A DNA stretch of 32,000 bases from Candidatus Saccharimonadota bacterium (lineage in GTDB: Bacteria > Pseudomonadota > Gammaproteobacteria > Enterobacterales > Enterobacteriaceae), in the NCBI RefSeq assembly GCF_004296475.1, contig NZ_AP018162.1:150001-182000 (forward strand). The letters run 5' to 3'. The position numbers and the translations under genes were made by a program. The stretch's first letter is position 1, and each line of letters starts with the position of its first letter. This document shows positions 16,871 to 26,012 of this stretch, one piece after another. A model generated the notes under the pieces. It made no database searches. It worked only from the letters and a program-made list of their open reading frames with translations, and was not told where the DNA came from.

Positions 16871-17878
16871 TTAAAAAAAATTAATATATGATTTTATTTT
16901 ATTTATATTTTTTTTAGCTATATTTTTAGCTATTAAAGAATTTTTTACTATTAAATTTTCTAAATATTTTTTTTCATTAAAAATAAAATAATATTTTTCT
17001 TGTATCTCTCCTAATTTCTTACTTAAATTAATATAAAGTTCATTTTTTAAAAAATTATATGATTTATTTATCATATAATTTTCTACTTCTTTTATAGAAG
17101 TATTACTAATATTAGAAAATATTTTTATTAAATTTGAAATTCCAGGTTTTTTAATTTCATTAAAATATATTTTTGGAGGAATTTCTGAATCTGTTATAGA
17201 ATTTTTAATTTTATTAAATAAAATATTATTATTATCTAATAAAGATATAAAATTATTTTTATTAATATCAGATTTAGACATTTTATTATTACAATCATTT
17301 AGTGACATTATATATGAATAATTTTTTATGTATACTTCAGGTATTAAAAAAACATTACCAAATTCATTATTAAATTTAATAGATATATATTTGCAAAATT
17401 CTAAATGTTGTTTTTGATCTTTTCCTACTAATACAATATTAGAATTATATAATAATATATCAGAAGACATTAAAACTGGATAATTTAATATTCCTAATTT
17501 TATATTTTTACTTTCATTTTTATATAATTTCTTAAATTTATTCATTTTAGATAATTTATTAAAATTTGAATAACATAATAATATCCAAAATAATTCTAAA
17601 TGTTCAATAACTTTTGATTGTAAAAATATTAAAGTTTTATCTGGATTAATTCCAGAAGCTATAAGTAAAGATAACGTTTTAAATATATTATCTTTTATAT
17701 TTATTTTTTTACATGATGTTATAGAATGTAAATCAGCTATACATATAATACAATTTTTTTTATCATCTTTATTTTGAATATCTATTATATTATTTAATAC
17801 ACCTATATAATTACCTATAGTTATATCACCAGATGGTTGTATTCCACTAAATACAACTAATTTATTTTTATTTATCAT
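16871..17878 (-). CDS. trpS: tryptophan--tRNA ligase
   Basis: It has VFSGIQPSGDITIGNYIG (HIGH-like), VGKDQKQHLE and KMSKSD, and is 335 aa. Confidence 0.95.
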   Translation of the reverse strand: MINKNKLVVFSGIQPSGDITIGNYIGVLNNIIDIQNKDDKKNCIICIADLHSITSCKKINIKDNIFKTLSLLIASGINPDKTLIFLQSKVIEHLELFWILLCYSNFNKLSKMNKFKKLYKNESKNIKLGILNYPVLMSSDILLYNSNIVLVGKDQKQHLEFCKYISIKFNNEFGNVFLIPEVYIKNYSYIMSLNDCNNKMSKSDINKNNFISLLDNNNILFNKIKNSITDSEIPPKIYFNEIKKPGISNLIKIFSNISNTSIKEVENYMINKSYNFLKNELYINLSKKLGEIQEKYYFIFNEKKYLENLIVKNSLIAKNIAKKNINKIKSYINFF

Positions 17879-17968
17879 ATATTTTTAAATTTATATATAT
17901 TATTATTTAAAATTATATAATAAATTATATAATATTTTTATTTTAAATTAACTTTATTTTTAATAAAT

Positions 17969-18508
17969 ATGAATTTTAAAACACTTTTACCAGGAATAGA
18001 TATACCAAATAATATATATGTTATTGTAGAAATACCAGTAGGAAATAAATTCATTAAATATGAATTTTCTAAAAAAGATAATCTTATATATGTAGATAGA
18101 TTTTTAAAATCACCTATATTTTATCCATTTAATTATGGATATATAAATAAAACCTTATCTTTAGATGGAGATGAATTAGATGTGGTAATTCCAATAAATT
18201 ATGAATTACATATAGGATCGATTATAGAATGTAAACCAATAGGAATATTATTTATGGAAGATGAATCAGGAGAAGATAATAAAATAATAGCATTACCTAG
18301 TGATAAAATATCTAAAGAATATATTAATATTAATGAAATTAATGAATTAAATGAAGATTTATTAAATAAAATAACATTTTTTTTTGAAAATTATAAAATT
18401 TTAGATAAAGATAAATTCTCAAAAATAATAAAATATGAAAATTCATATTTTTCTAAATGTGAAATTATAAAATCAATAAAAAGATATAATGATAAAAAAA
18501 ATGAATAA
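17969..18508 (+). CDS. ppa: inorganic pyrophosphatase
   Basis: VIVEIP..KYE..VDRFL..YPFNYGYI..TLSLDGDELDVV contains the family I PPase signature. Confidence 0.95.
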   Translation: MNFKTLLPGIDIPNNIYVIVEIPVGNKFIKYEFSKKDNLIYVDRFLKSPIFYPFNYGYINKTLSLDGDELDVVIPINYELHIGSIIECKPIGILFMEDESGEDNKIIALPSDKISKEYININEINELNEDLLNKITFFFENYKILDKDKFSKIIKYENSYFSKCEIIKSIKRYNDKKNE

Positions 18509-19433
18509 TATATCATTTAAAAATTTAATTAAAAGATCTTTTTTAATAAATAAAATAAGAAATTTTTTTTTATTAAATGATTATATAGAAGTTGAAACTC
18601 CTTTAATAAGTAAATTTTCAGATAATAATAATAATTTAAATCCTATAGATATAAATATAAATAATAATAAATATTATTTAATAACAAGTCCAGAATTTCA
18701 TATGAAAAGATTATTATCAAGAAATCCAAGTAAATCTATATTTCAGATATGTCATAGCTTTAGAAATAATGAATATGGAAAATATCATAATATAGAATTT
18801 ACCATTCTAGAATGGTATAAATTAAAATCAAATTTATTTGATATTATGAATGAAACTGATTTATTATTAAAAAATATATTTAATTATAAAAAATCTAAAT
18901 TTATAAAATATATAGATATTTTTTATAAATATTTGAATATAAATCCATTATATTGTAATAATAATATATTAATTAATATTTTAAAAAAAAATAATATTAG
19001 TGTTAATAAAATATATGATTTAGATTCATTATTAGAGTTAACTTTTGATTTATTAATAAAACCTAAAATAGGACATAAAAATCCTATATTTATATATTTT
19101 TTCCCTAAAAATCAATCATTTAATTCTACTATAAATAAAAAAAATAATTTATCTAATAGATTTGAAGTATATTTTAAAGGAATAGAACTAGCTAATGGAT
19201 TTAATGAAATAACAGATTATTTATGTCAAAAAAAAATATTAGAAAAACAAAATGAAATAAGATTTAAAAAAAAACTTCCAATTATAAAAATAGATAAAAA
19301 TTTTATATATTCTATAAAAAAAGGAATACCAAAATGCTCTGGAGTATCTTTAGGAATAGATAGATTAATTATGATATATTTAAATTTATATGAATTAAAA
19401 AATTCTATTTCATTTGATTTTTATTCTTCTTAA
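18489..19433 (+). CDS. epmA: EF-P--(R)-beta-lysine ligase (class II LysRS paralogue)
   Basis: EVETPLIS, TSPEFHMKRLL, FRNNE..HNIEFTILEWY, ELANGFNE and GVSLGIDRLIM align with E. coli EpmA (PoxA). The start is either 18489 or the ATG at 18501, and it overlaps the end of ppa. Confidence 0.9.
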   Translation: MIKKMNNISFKNLIKRSFLINKIRNFFLLNDYIEVETPLISKFSDNNNNLNPIDININNNKYYLITSPEFHMKRLLSRNPSKSIFQICHSFRNNEYGKYHNIEFTILEWYKLKSNLFDIMNETDLLLKNIFNYKKSKFIKYIDIFYKYLNINPLYCNNNILINILKKNNISVNKIYDLDSLLELTFDLLIKPKIGHKNPIFIYFFPKNQSFNSTINKKNNLSNRFEVYFKGIELANGFNEITDYLCQKKILEKQNEIRFKKKLPIIKIDKNFIYSIKKGIPKCSGVSLGIDRLIMIYLNLYELKNSISFDFYSS

Positions 19434-20253
19434 TATATATTTGCTATTTTTTCTCCTATATTTATTTTATCTTTTATATTTAATTTTTCTAAAAAAATAT
19501 TTTTTGAAAATAAAGTTACAACAGTTGATCCTAATTTAAATTTAGCTATTTCGTCACCTTTTAAAAAAAGATTTTTCTTGCATTTTTTGGATATTTAATA
19601 TAATCCCATACAATTATTTTATTATTTCTAGGAGGTATTACTAAACCATGCCATGATGTTTCTATACTTCCTACTATTATAGACCCTATTAAAATATGAA
19701 TTATATAACCAAATTTTATTTTAAATACACATATTACTCTTTCATTTTCTGTTATTACATTAATATAATTTCTATTTAAATAATTATTAATACTTGTTAA
19801 ATTACCAGGCACATATATCATATATATTAATTTCCCAAAATATGATATATGAACTCTATGATAATCTTTAGGGGATAAATATATAGTTATAAAACTACCA
19901 TTTTTTATTAAATTAATTAAAAAATTTTTATTAACCAAAAGTTTTTTTATAAAATATGTATTATTTTTTATATTAAAATTTGTTAATTTTCTTATTTTAC
20001 CTAATTGAGTTATTGTCCCGCTAGCTGGTGATATTAGAGCATTATTATTGATATTTATATTTATATTATTTATTTTTCTAGTAAAAAAATCATTAAATGT
20101 ATTATATTTTTTATAATCTTTTTCTATTAAATTATTTAAATTTATATTATAAAATTTTATATATATAAATATAATTATATTACTTATAAATTTAAATCTT
20201 ATATTAGATATAAGTCCAAATAAATAATTTATTTTTTTTTTTAAATAAAACAT
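19430..20253 (-). pseudogene. psd: phosphatidylserine decarboxylase proenzyme, interrupted by one frameshift at a T7 run (plus-strand A7, 19563-19569)
   Basis: The upstream frame (20253-19561) gives FNDFF..SPASG..YLSPKDYHRVH..VPG..NERV..GSIIVGSIE and then stops at ..ARKIFF*. The next frame continues LKGDEIAKFKLGSTVVTLF.. to the TAA at 19432-19430. This matches E. coli [20 protein letters not shown], including the LGST self-cleavage site. Confidence 0.85.
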
Positions 20254-20370
20254 TTTTATATTTTTATATTAATTTTAAATTAATTTTATTTTATCAAATA
20301 TATATTTTATAATATATTAAAAATTTTTTATTTTAATTATTTTAAAATAAATTTATTAAATATTAACTAA

Positions 20371-20913
20371 ATGACAAATAATAAAAATTTAATTTGGATA
20401 GATTTGGAAATGACAGGATTAGATCCAAATATATGTACAATAATAGAAATAGCTACTTTAATAACTGATTATAATCTAAATATATTAGCTAAAGGTCCTG
20501 ATTTAATAATTCATCAATCTAATGAAAAATTATCTGTTATGGATAAATGGAATATAAATACACATACAAATAGTGGTCTTTTAAATAAAGTAAAAAATAG
20601 TAATATAAATGAAAAATATGCAGAATATAAAACTATAGATTTTATATCTAAGTGGGTAAATTATAAAAAATCTCCTATGTGCGGTAATAATGTTAGTCAT
20701 GATAGAAGATTTTTATATAAATATATGCCTGATTTAGAAAATTATTTTCATTATAGACATTTAGATGTAAGTTCTATAAAAGAATTGATAAAAATATGTA
20801 AACCAGATTCATTAATAAATTTTAAGAAAAAAAATTTACATAGAGCATTATCTGATATTTATGAATCTATAAAAGAATTAATTTTTTATAAAAAATTTTT
20901 AAATTTAATTTAA
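20371..20913 (+). CDS. orn: oligoribonuclease
   Basis: LIWIDLEMTGLDP, the DEDDh motifs (..GNNVSHDRRFL.., ..HRALSDI..), and a length of 180 aa. Confidence 0.95.
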   Translation: MTNNKNLIWIDLEMTGLDPNICTIIEIATLITDYNLNILAKGPDLIIHQSNEKLSVMDKWNINTHTNSGLLNKVKNSNINEKYAEYKTIDFISKWVNYKKSPMCGNNVSHDRRFLYKYMPDLENYFHYRHLDVSSIKELIKICKPDSLINFKKKNLHRALSDIYESIKELIFYKKFLNLI

Positions 20914-21365
20914 TGAATAATAAAAACATAATATATAATAATTTACATATGGAAAATTTTGGTAAAAATGTATCTTTATTTATTATTAATAATATAAGTA
21001 AATATAAAAATAAAATTATAATATTTTTGTTGGCGAAATAGGATCTGGAAAAACTACTTTTTGTAGAGGATTTATAAAAAATTTTGGATATATTAATAAT
21101 ATAAATAGTCCTACATATACATATATAAAAGAATATTTTATTAAAAAATATATAATATATCATATAGATTTATTTAGATTATATAATTTAAATGAATTAA
21201 TAAATTTAAATTTTTTTGATTTATTAGATAAAAAAAAAAATAAGTTTGTTTTTTTTTTTAATAGAATGGCCAAATAAAATAAATTTAAATTCAATATTAA
21301 AACCAGATATTATATTAAAATTTAAAATTAAAAATAATATAAGGGAAGTAACATTTTATAAATGA
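20913..21365 (+). pseudogene. tsaE: tRNA t6A37 biosynthesis ATPase TsaE (YjeE), with two frameshifts at homopolymer runs
   Basis: Three frame segments are readable. Segment 1 (20913-21041) is MNNKNIIYNNLHMENFGKN..KIIIFLLAK*. Segment 2 (about 21026-21277) is ..GEIGSGKTTFCRGFIKNFGYINNINSPTYTYIKEY..YHIDLFRL..*. Segment 3 (about 21228-21365) is ..IEWPNK..REVTFYK*. Together they match the E. coli TsaE motifs GDLGAGKTTF, SPTYTLVEPY, YHFDLYRL and VEWP. The ATG overlaps the orn stop, and the TGA overlaps the miaA ATG. Confidence 0.8.
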
Positions 21366-22300
21366 ATATCAAATTTAAAAATAATATAAAAGATATTATT
21401 TTAATAATAGGACCTACCTCATCTGGTAAGACTGATTTATCTATATATTTAAAAGATATATTTTATAATCATATAGAGTTAATTAGTGTAGATTCAGCTT
21501 TAATATACAGAGATATGAATATAGGAACAGATAAACCAGATAAATATACATTATTAAAATTTCCGTATAAATTAATAAATATAAAAGATCCATCTCAAAG
21601 CTGTTCTGTATATGAATTTTGTAATTATTTATATTATGAAATAGATAATATTTTAAAATTAAATAAAATTCCTATATTAGTAGGAGGAACTATGTTTTAT
21701 TTTAAATATTTTTTAAATGAGTTTTCCATTTTTAATAAAAATGATTTTATAAAAGAAAATATAATATCATATATAAAAAAATATAATATAAATAATATAT
21801 ATGATTTTATAAAAATAAATAAGAATATTAATATAAATATAAATGATTATAATAGAATAATAAGATATATGGAAATTTGTTTAAGCAATAGTAATAAAAA
21901 ATTAATTAAATTTAAATATAATATAAATAAATTTTTTATATTAAAAGAAAAAAGAATATTAAAAAAAAAAATAAAATTTAGATTTTATAAAATGTTAGAT
22001 ATAGGTTTAGAAAATGAAGTTAAATGTTTATTTGATAGAAAAGATTTAAATATAAATATGCAATCAATTAAATGTATAGGATATAATGAAATGTGGATGT
22101 ATATAGATAATAAAATTTCATATAAAGAAATGATAAATTTATCTATAAATAGTACTATAAATTTATTAAATAATCAATTTTCATATATAAAAAAGTGGAA
22201 TGATTGTATTTTTATAGATAATGATATTTTATCAAAAAAAATTTTAGTTAATAAAATTATAGAAATTATAAATAAAAAAATCAATTTGAGATTAAAATAA
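21362..22300 (+). CDS. miaA: tRNA dimethylallyltransferase
   Basis: It has the P-loop IIGPTSSGKTDLS, plus SVDSALIYRDMNIGTDKP and LVGGTMFYFK, and is 312 aa. Confidence 0.93.
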   Translation: MNIKFKNNIKDIILIIGPTSSGKTDLSIYLKDIFYNHIELISVDSALIYRDMNIGTDKPDKYTLLKFPYKLINIKDPSQSCSVYEFCNYLYYEIDNILKLNKIPILVGGTMFYFKYFLNEFSIFNKNDFIKENIISYIKKYNINNIYDFIKINKNINININDYNRIIRYMEICLSNSNKKLIKFKYNINKFFILKEKRILKKKIKFRFYKMLDIGLENEVKCLFDRKDLNINMQSIKCIGYNEMWMYIDNKISYKEMINLSINSTINLLNNQFSYIKKWNDCIFIDNDILSKKILVNKIIEIINKKINLRLK

Positions 22301-22809
22301 AAAATATAAACAATTTTTTTAAAAGTATAAATAATAAGGAAGAATTAATTTTAATTTTAGATAGGATATTAGATCCAAGGAATTTAGGATCTTGTATAAG
22401 AAGCGCATATGCTTTTGATGTTAAAAATATTATAATTACAGATAGAAATTCATGCCCCATAAATAAAACAGTTGAAAAAGTATCTAAAATATATAATATA
22501 GAAAAAAATATTAATATTCTAAAAGTAAATAATATATGTAATATTATATCAATATTAAAAGATAAAAATTTTGTTGTAATAGGAACATCATTAAAATCTA
22601 ATATTTATTTAGATAAAATTAAATTATATCATTATAATATAGCATTAATAGTAGGATCAGAGCATTGTGGGATAAGAAGTAATATTTTACGTAAATGTGA
22701 TAAAATTGTAAAGATACCAATTAATAATATTAACTCTTTAAATGTATCGGTAGCAACAGGTATATTTTTATTTGAAATTATAAGACAAAAACTTAAAAAA
22801 AATATATAA
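22276..22809 (+). pseudogene. rlmB: 23S rRNA Gm2251 methyltransferase RlmB remnant: SpoU/TrmH catalytic domain only, 5'-truncated, no canonical start codon
   Basis: The frame is open from 22276 to the TAA at 22807-22809 and contains no in-frame ATG, GTG or TTG. The translation ..LILILDRILDPRNLGSCIRSAYAF..ALIVGSEHCGIR..KIPINNINSLNVSVATGIFLFEIIRQ matches the three SpoU motifs of E. coli RlmB residues ~95-243. The N-terminal domain is absent. Confidence 0.75.
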
Positions 22810-22810
22810 T

Positions 22811-23119
22811 ATGAAAAGAAATTATGAAATAGTTTTAATTTTTAGATCAGATTTTAATGATATAGATAATTTAATTAATGAATATTCATCTATAATAAAT
22901 AATTCACATGGATTAATACATAATATAGAAGATTTAGGTATAATTAAATTTTCATATTTAATAAAAAAAATGTCTAACGGAAGATATTTATTAATGAATA
23001 TAGAAGTTATAGTAAATATAATTAAAGAATTAGAAAAAAATTTTAAATTAAATAGTAATATAATAAGAATTTTAATTACTAAAACACAATTTTATAAAAA
23101 ATTTTCATTAAAAATTTAA
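22811..23119 (+). CDS. rpsF: 30S ribosomal protein S6
   Basis: MKRNYEIVLIF..IHNIEDLG..YLLMNIEV matches S6 (MRHYEIVFMV..IHRLEDWG..YVLMNVEA). Confidence 0.9.
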   Translation: MKRNYEIVLIFRSDFNDIDNLINEYSSIINNSHGLIHNIEDLGIIKFSYLIKKMSNGRYLLMNIEVIVNIIKELEKNFKLNSNIIRILITKTQFYKKFSLKI

Positions 23120-23134
23120 AATTAAATATAAAAT

Positions 23135-23347
23135 ATGAATAAAATTAAAAAAAATAAATTAGATATAAATTATTTTATAAATTATAAAAATATAATTTTT
23201 TTAAAAAAATATATTAATGATAATTTTAAAATAATACCAAAAAGAATTAATGGTAATAAATCAAAAATACAAAGAAAAATATCTAAAGAAATTAAAAAAG
23301 CTAGATATATAGGATTAATTCCATATACTGATAGACATTTAATATAA
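23135..23347 (+). CDS. rpsR: 30S ribosomal protein S18
   Basis: INYKNIIFLKKYI..KIIPKRINGN..QRKISKEIKKARYIGLIPYTDRH matches S18. Confidence 0.9.
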   Translation: MNKIKKNKLDINYFINYKNIIFLKKYINDNFKIIPKRINGNKSKIQRKISKEIKKARYIGLIPYTDRHLI

Positions 23348-23802
23348 TGATAAAAATAATTTTAATAAAAAAAATAAATAATTTAGGTAATATTGGTAAT
23401 ATAGTATTAGTAAAAAATGGATATGCTATGAATTTTTTATTACCTAATAATTTTGCTATTATAGCTACAAAAAATAATATAAATAATATTAATAATAAAA
23501 TAAATGAAGTTAATTTATCAATTGAATATAAAAATAAATATATAAAAGAAATTAAAGATAAAATTATTAAATTATCATTAAATGATTTAACAATTTATAT
23601 GAAATTAATAGATGAAAAAAAAATATTTGGATCAATTAATAAAATAGATATAATAAAAATATTAAATAATAAAGATATAAAAATAAATAAAAATCAAATA
23701 ATTTTAAATAAGCCTATAAAAATTGTAGGTGAACATTTAATAAAAATTAAAATACATAATTCAATATTAGAATTAAATATAAATATATTAGGAAATAATT
23801 AA
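23347..23802 (+). CDS. rplI: 50S ribosomal protein L9
   Basis: MIKIILIKKINNLGNIGNIVLVKNGYAMNFLLPN matches the L9 N-terminal domain. It overlaps the rpsR stop by 1 nt. Confidence 0.9.
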   Translation: MIKIILIKKINNLGNIGNIVLVKNGYAMNFLLPNNFAIIATKNNINNINNKINEVNLSIEYKNKYIKEIKDKIIKLSLNDLTIYMKLIDEKKIFGSINKIDIIKILNNKDIKINKNQIILNKPIKIVGEHLIKIKIHNSILELNINILGNN

Positions 23803-23809
23803 TTAATAT

Positions 23810-24553
23810 TTAAGATTTATTATTATTTTTATTTTTATTATATTTATTATAACTAATTTTTAATGGTATTAAAAATAAATTTATAAAATCTAAATATAAT
23901 ATCAATGCTCCTATTACTGAATAATTTTTTATTATTGAGCAATTATCAATTTCATTATATTTTTTACTAATATCTTTCAATTTATAAGTATCAAAAGCAA
24001 TTAATCCAGTAAAAATAAATATACTTATATATGAAATAATCCAAGTTAATATATCACTATTTATACATATATTAAATAATGATGATAAACTAGTTCCTAT
24101 AAGTAACATTAATAATAAATTACCTGTATCTGTTAAATCATTTTTTGTAAAATACCCATATAATGTCATAATTATAAATGTTAATGAAGTTATCATGAAT
24201 ATAGTAAATATTGATGATAATGTGTATATTAAAAATATACCAGATATATTTATCCCAGTTATTATTGAGTATAGTATAAATAAAAATATAGCTAAATTAT
24301 TTTCTATACAATTAATCATACTTGATAAATAAAATACAATAAAAAATTGAGAAAAAGACATTAATAATAAAATTAATTGACTATTAAATATTAAATTTAA
24401 AATACATGGTATTTTTGATATAAAAAATGAAGTTAATGAAGTTAAAAATAATCCAATAGACATCCATCCATATACTCTATTCATAAATATATTAGTTTTT
24501 ATATTTATATTTTCTTCATAACTATTATTTTTATATTTATAAGAATTTATCAT
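23810..24553 (-). CDS. ybhL: Bax-inhibitor-1/YbhL-family inner membrane protein
   Basis: The protein is multi-pass and hydrophobic. NRVYGWMSIGLFLTS, LYGYFTKNDLT, FTGLIAFDTYKLK and GALILYLDFINLFL match E. coli YbhL better than YccA. Confidence 0.8.
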   Translation of the reverse strand: MINSYKYKNNSYEENINIKTNIFMNRVYGWMSIGLFLTSLTSFFISKIPCILNLIFNSQLILLLMSFSQFFIVFYLSSMINCIENNLAIFLFILYSIITGINISGIFLIYTLSSIFTIFMITSLTFIIMTLYGYFTKNDLTDTGNLLLMLLIGTSLSSLFNICINSDILTWIISYISIFIFTGLIAFDTYKLKDISKKYNEIDNCSIIKNYSVIGALILYLDFINLFLIPLKISYNKYNKNKNNNKS

Positions 24554-24646
24554 AATTTACTCTCTTTTATATTATTATAGCAAATAATTTATAGTATAAT
24601 TTTACCATAAATACTAATAAATTTAAATTAATATATATTTAAAATA

Positions 24647-26011
24647 ATGAAAATATCTATAAATGAAATATTTAACAAATATAAAATACTTATTAATAAA
24701 GAAATAAGTATATACGGTTGGGTTAAAAGCAATAGAAATTCTAAAATTGGTATATCTTTTATATCTATAAATGACGGATCATGTTTTAAAAGTATACAAG
24801 TAATAGCTAATAAAGATTTGTATAATTATATAGATATTTTAAAAATAAATACAGGATATTCTATTAATGTTATAGGAAAAGTAATAATTTCTAAAGGAGA
24901 AAAACAAAATATAGAAATAAAATCAAGAATTATAAATATATTAGGAAATATATATAATTCAAAAGAATATCCAATTTCATCTAAATTTCATAGTTTTGAA
25001 TTTTTAAGAAAATTTCCACATTTAAGACCTAGAACAAATATATTTTCTGCTTTGTCAAGAGTGAGAAATTTTATATTTAATAGAATAAATAATTTTATGT
25101 ATAAAAATGGATTTAAATGGATACCTACACCAATAATAACTTCAATAGATACTGAAGGGAATAGTAAATTATTTAAAGTTTCATCATTAAATATATATGG
25201 TGATGAAAAAATAAAATATATTAATGACTTTTTTTGTAAAGAATCTTTTTTAACTGTATCCGGTCAACTTAATTTAGAAGCTTATGCTTGTTCATTATCT
25301 AAAGTTTATTCATTAGGCCCTGTTTTTAGAGCTGAAAATTCAAATACTACAAAACATTTATCTGAATTCTGGATGTTAGAATTAGAAGCTGCATTTATAA
25401 ATTTAGATGAATTAATAAATTTATCAATAAATATAATAAAAAATATATATAATAATTTAATTATAAATTTACATGAAGATATAATCTTTTTACATAAAAA
25501 AAATAATATTAATAGTGATAAATTATTTAATATAATTAATTCTAAATATGAAATAATAGAATATAAAGAAATAATAAAAATATTAAATAAAAATAATTTT
25601 AATATAAAATTTAATGAAAATATAACATCTAAATATGAAAATTTTTTATTAAATTTTTTTAAAAATATATTAATAATAAAAAATTATCCTAAAAAAATAA
25701 AACCGTTTTATATGAAATTAAATGATGATAATTTAACTGTTTCTTCTATGGACATATTAGTACCTGGCATAGGTGAATTAATAGGAGGTTCAGTAAGAGA
25801 AGATAGATTAGATTTTATATTAAAATCTGTTAAAGAAAATAATATAAATTTAAATGATTATAATTGGTATATAGATTTAAGAAAATATGGAACTGTTCCT
25901 CATTCAGGTTTTGGATTAGGTTTTGAAAGATTTATATCATTTTTAACTGGTATAAAAAATATAAAAGATATTTCTCCTTTTCCAAGAAATATAAATAATT
26001 TAATGTTTTAA
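24647..26011 (+). CDS. asnS: asparagine--tRNA ligase
   Basis: It has an OB-fold N-terminus, the class II motifs GPVFRAENSNTTKHLSEFWMLELE and GFGLGFERF, and is 454 aa. Confidence 0.95.
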   Translation: MKISINEIFNKYKILINKEISIYGWVKSNRNSKIGISFISINDGSCFKSIQVIANKDLYNYIDILKINTGYSINVIGKVIISKGEKQNIEIKSRIINILGNIYNSKEYPISSKFHSFEFLRKFPHLRPRTNIFSALSRVRNFIFNRINNFMYKNGFKWIPTPIITSIDTEGNSKLFKVSSLNIYGDEKIKYINDFFCKESFLTVSGQLNLEAYACSLSKVYSLGPVFRAENSNTTKHLSEFWMLELEAAFINLDELINLSINIIKNIYNNLIINLHEDIIFLHKKNNINSDKLFNIINSKYEIIEYKEIIKILNKNNFNIKFNENITSKYENFLLNFFKNILIIKNYPKKIKPFYMKLNDDNLTVSSMDILVPGIGELIGGSVREDRLDFILKSVKENNINLNDYNWYIDLRKYGTVPHSGFGLGFERFISFLTGIKNIKDISPFPRNINNLMF

Positions 26012-26012
26012 T

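Noticed and set aside
20291-20313. TTATCA .. TATAAT promoter-like pair in the psd/orn divergent spacer.
   Set aside because: The spacing is only about 11 nt, and TATAAT-like hexamers occur everywhere in this DNA. No promoter can be called reliably from sequence here.
20867-21163. 98-aa minus-strand ORF across the orn/tsaE junction.
   Set aside because: The plus strand carries recognisable orn and tsaE homology here, and the minus-strand product is low-complexity Ile/Phe/Leu/Lys with no motif.
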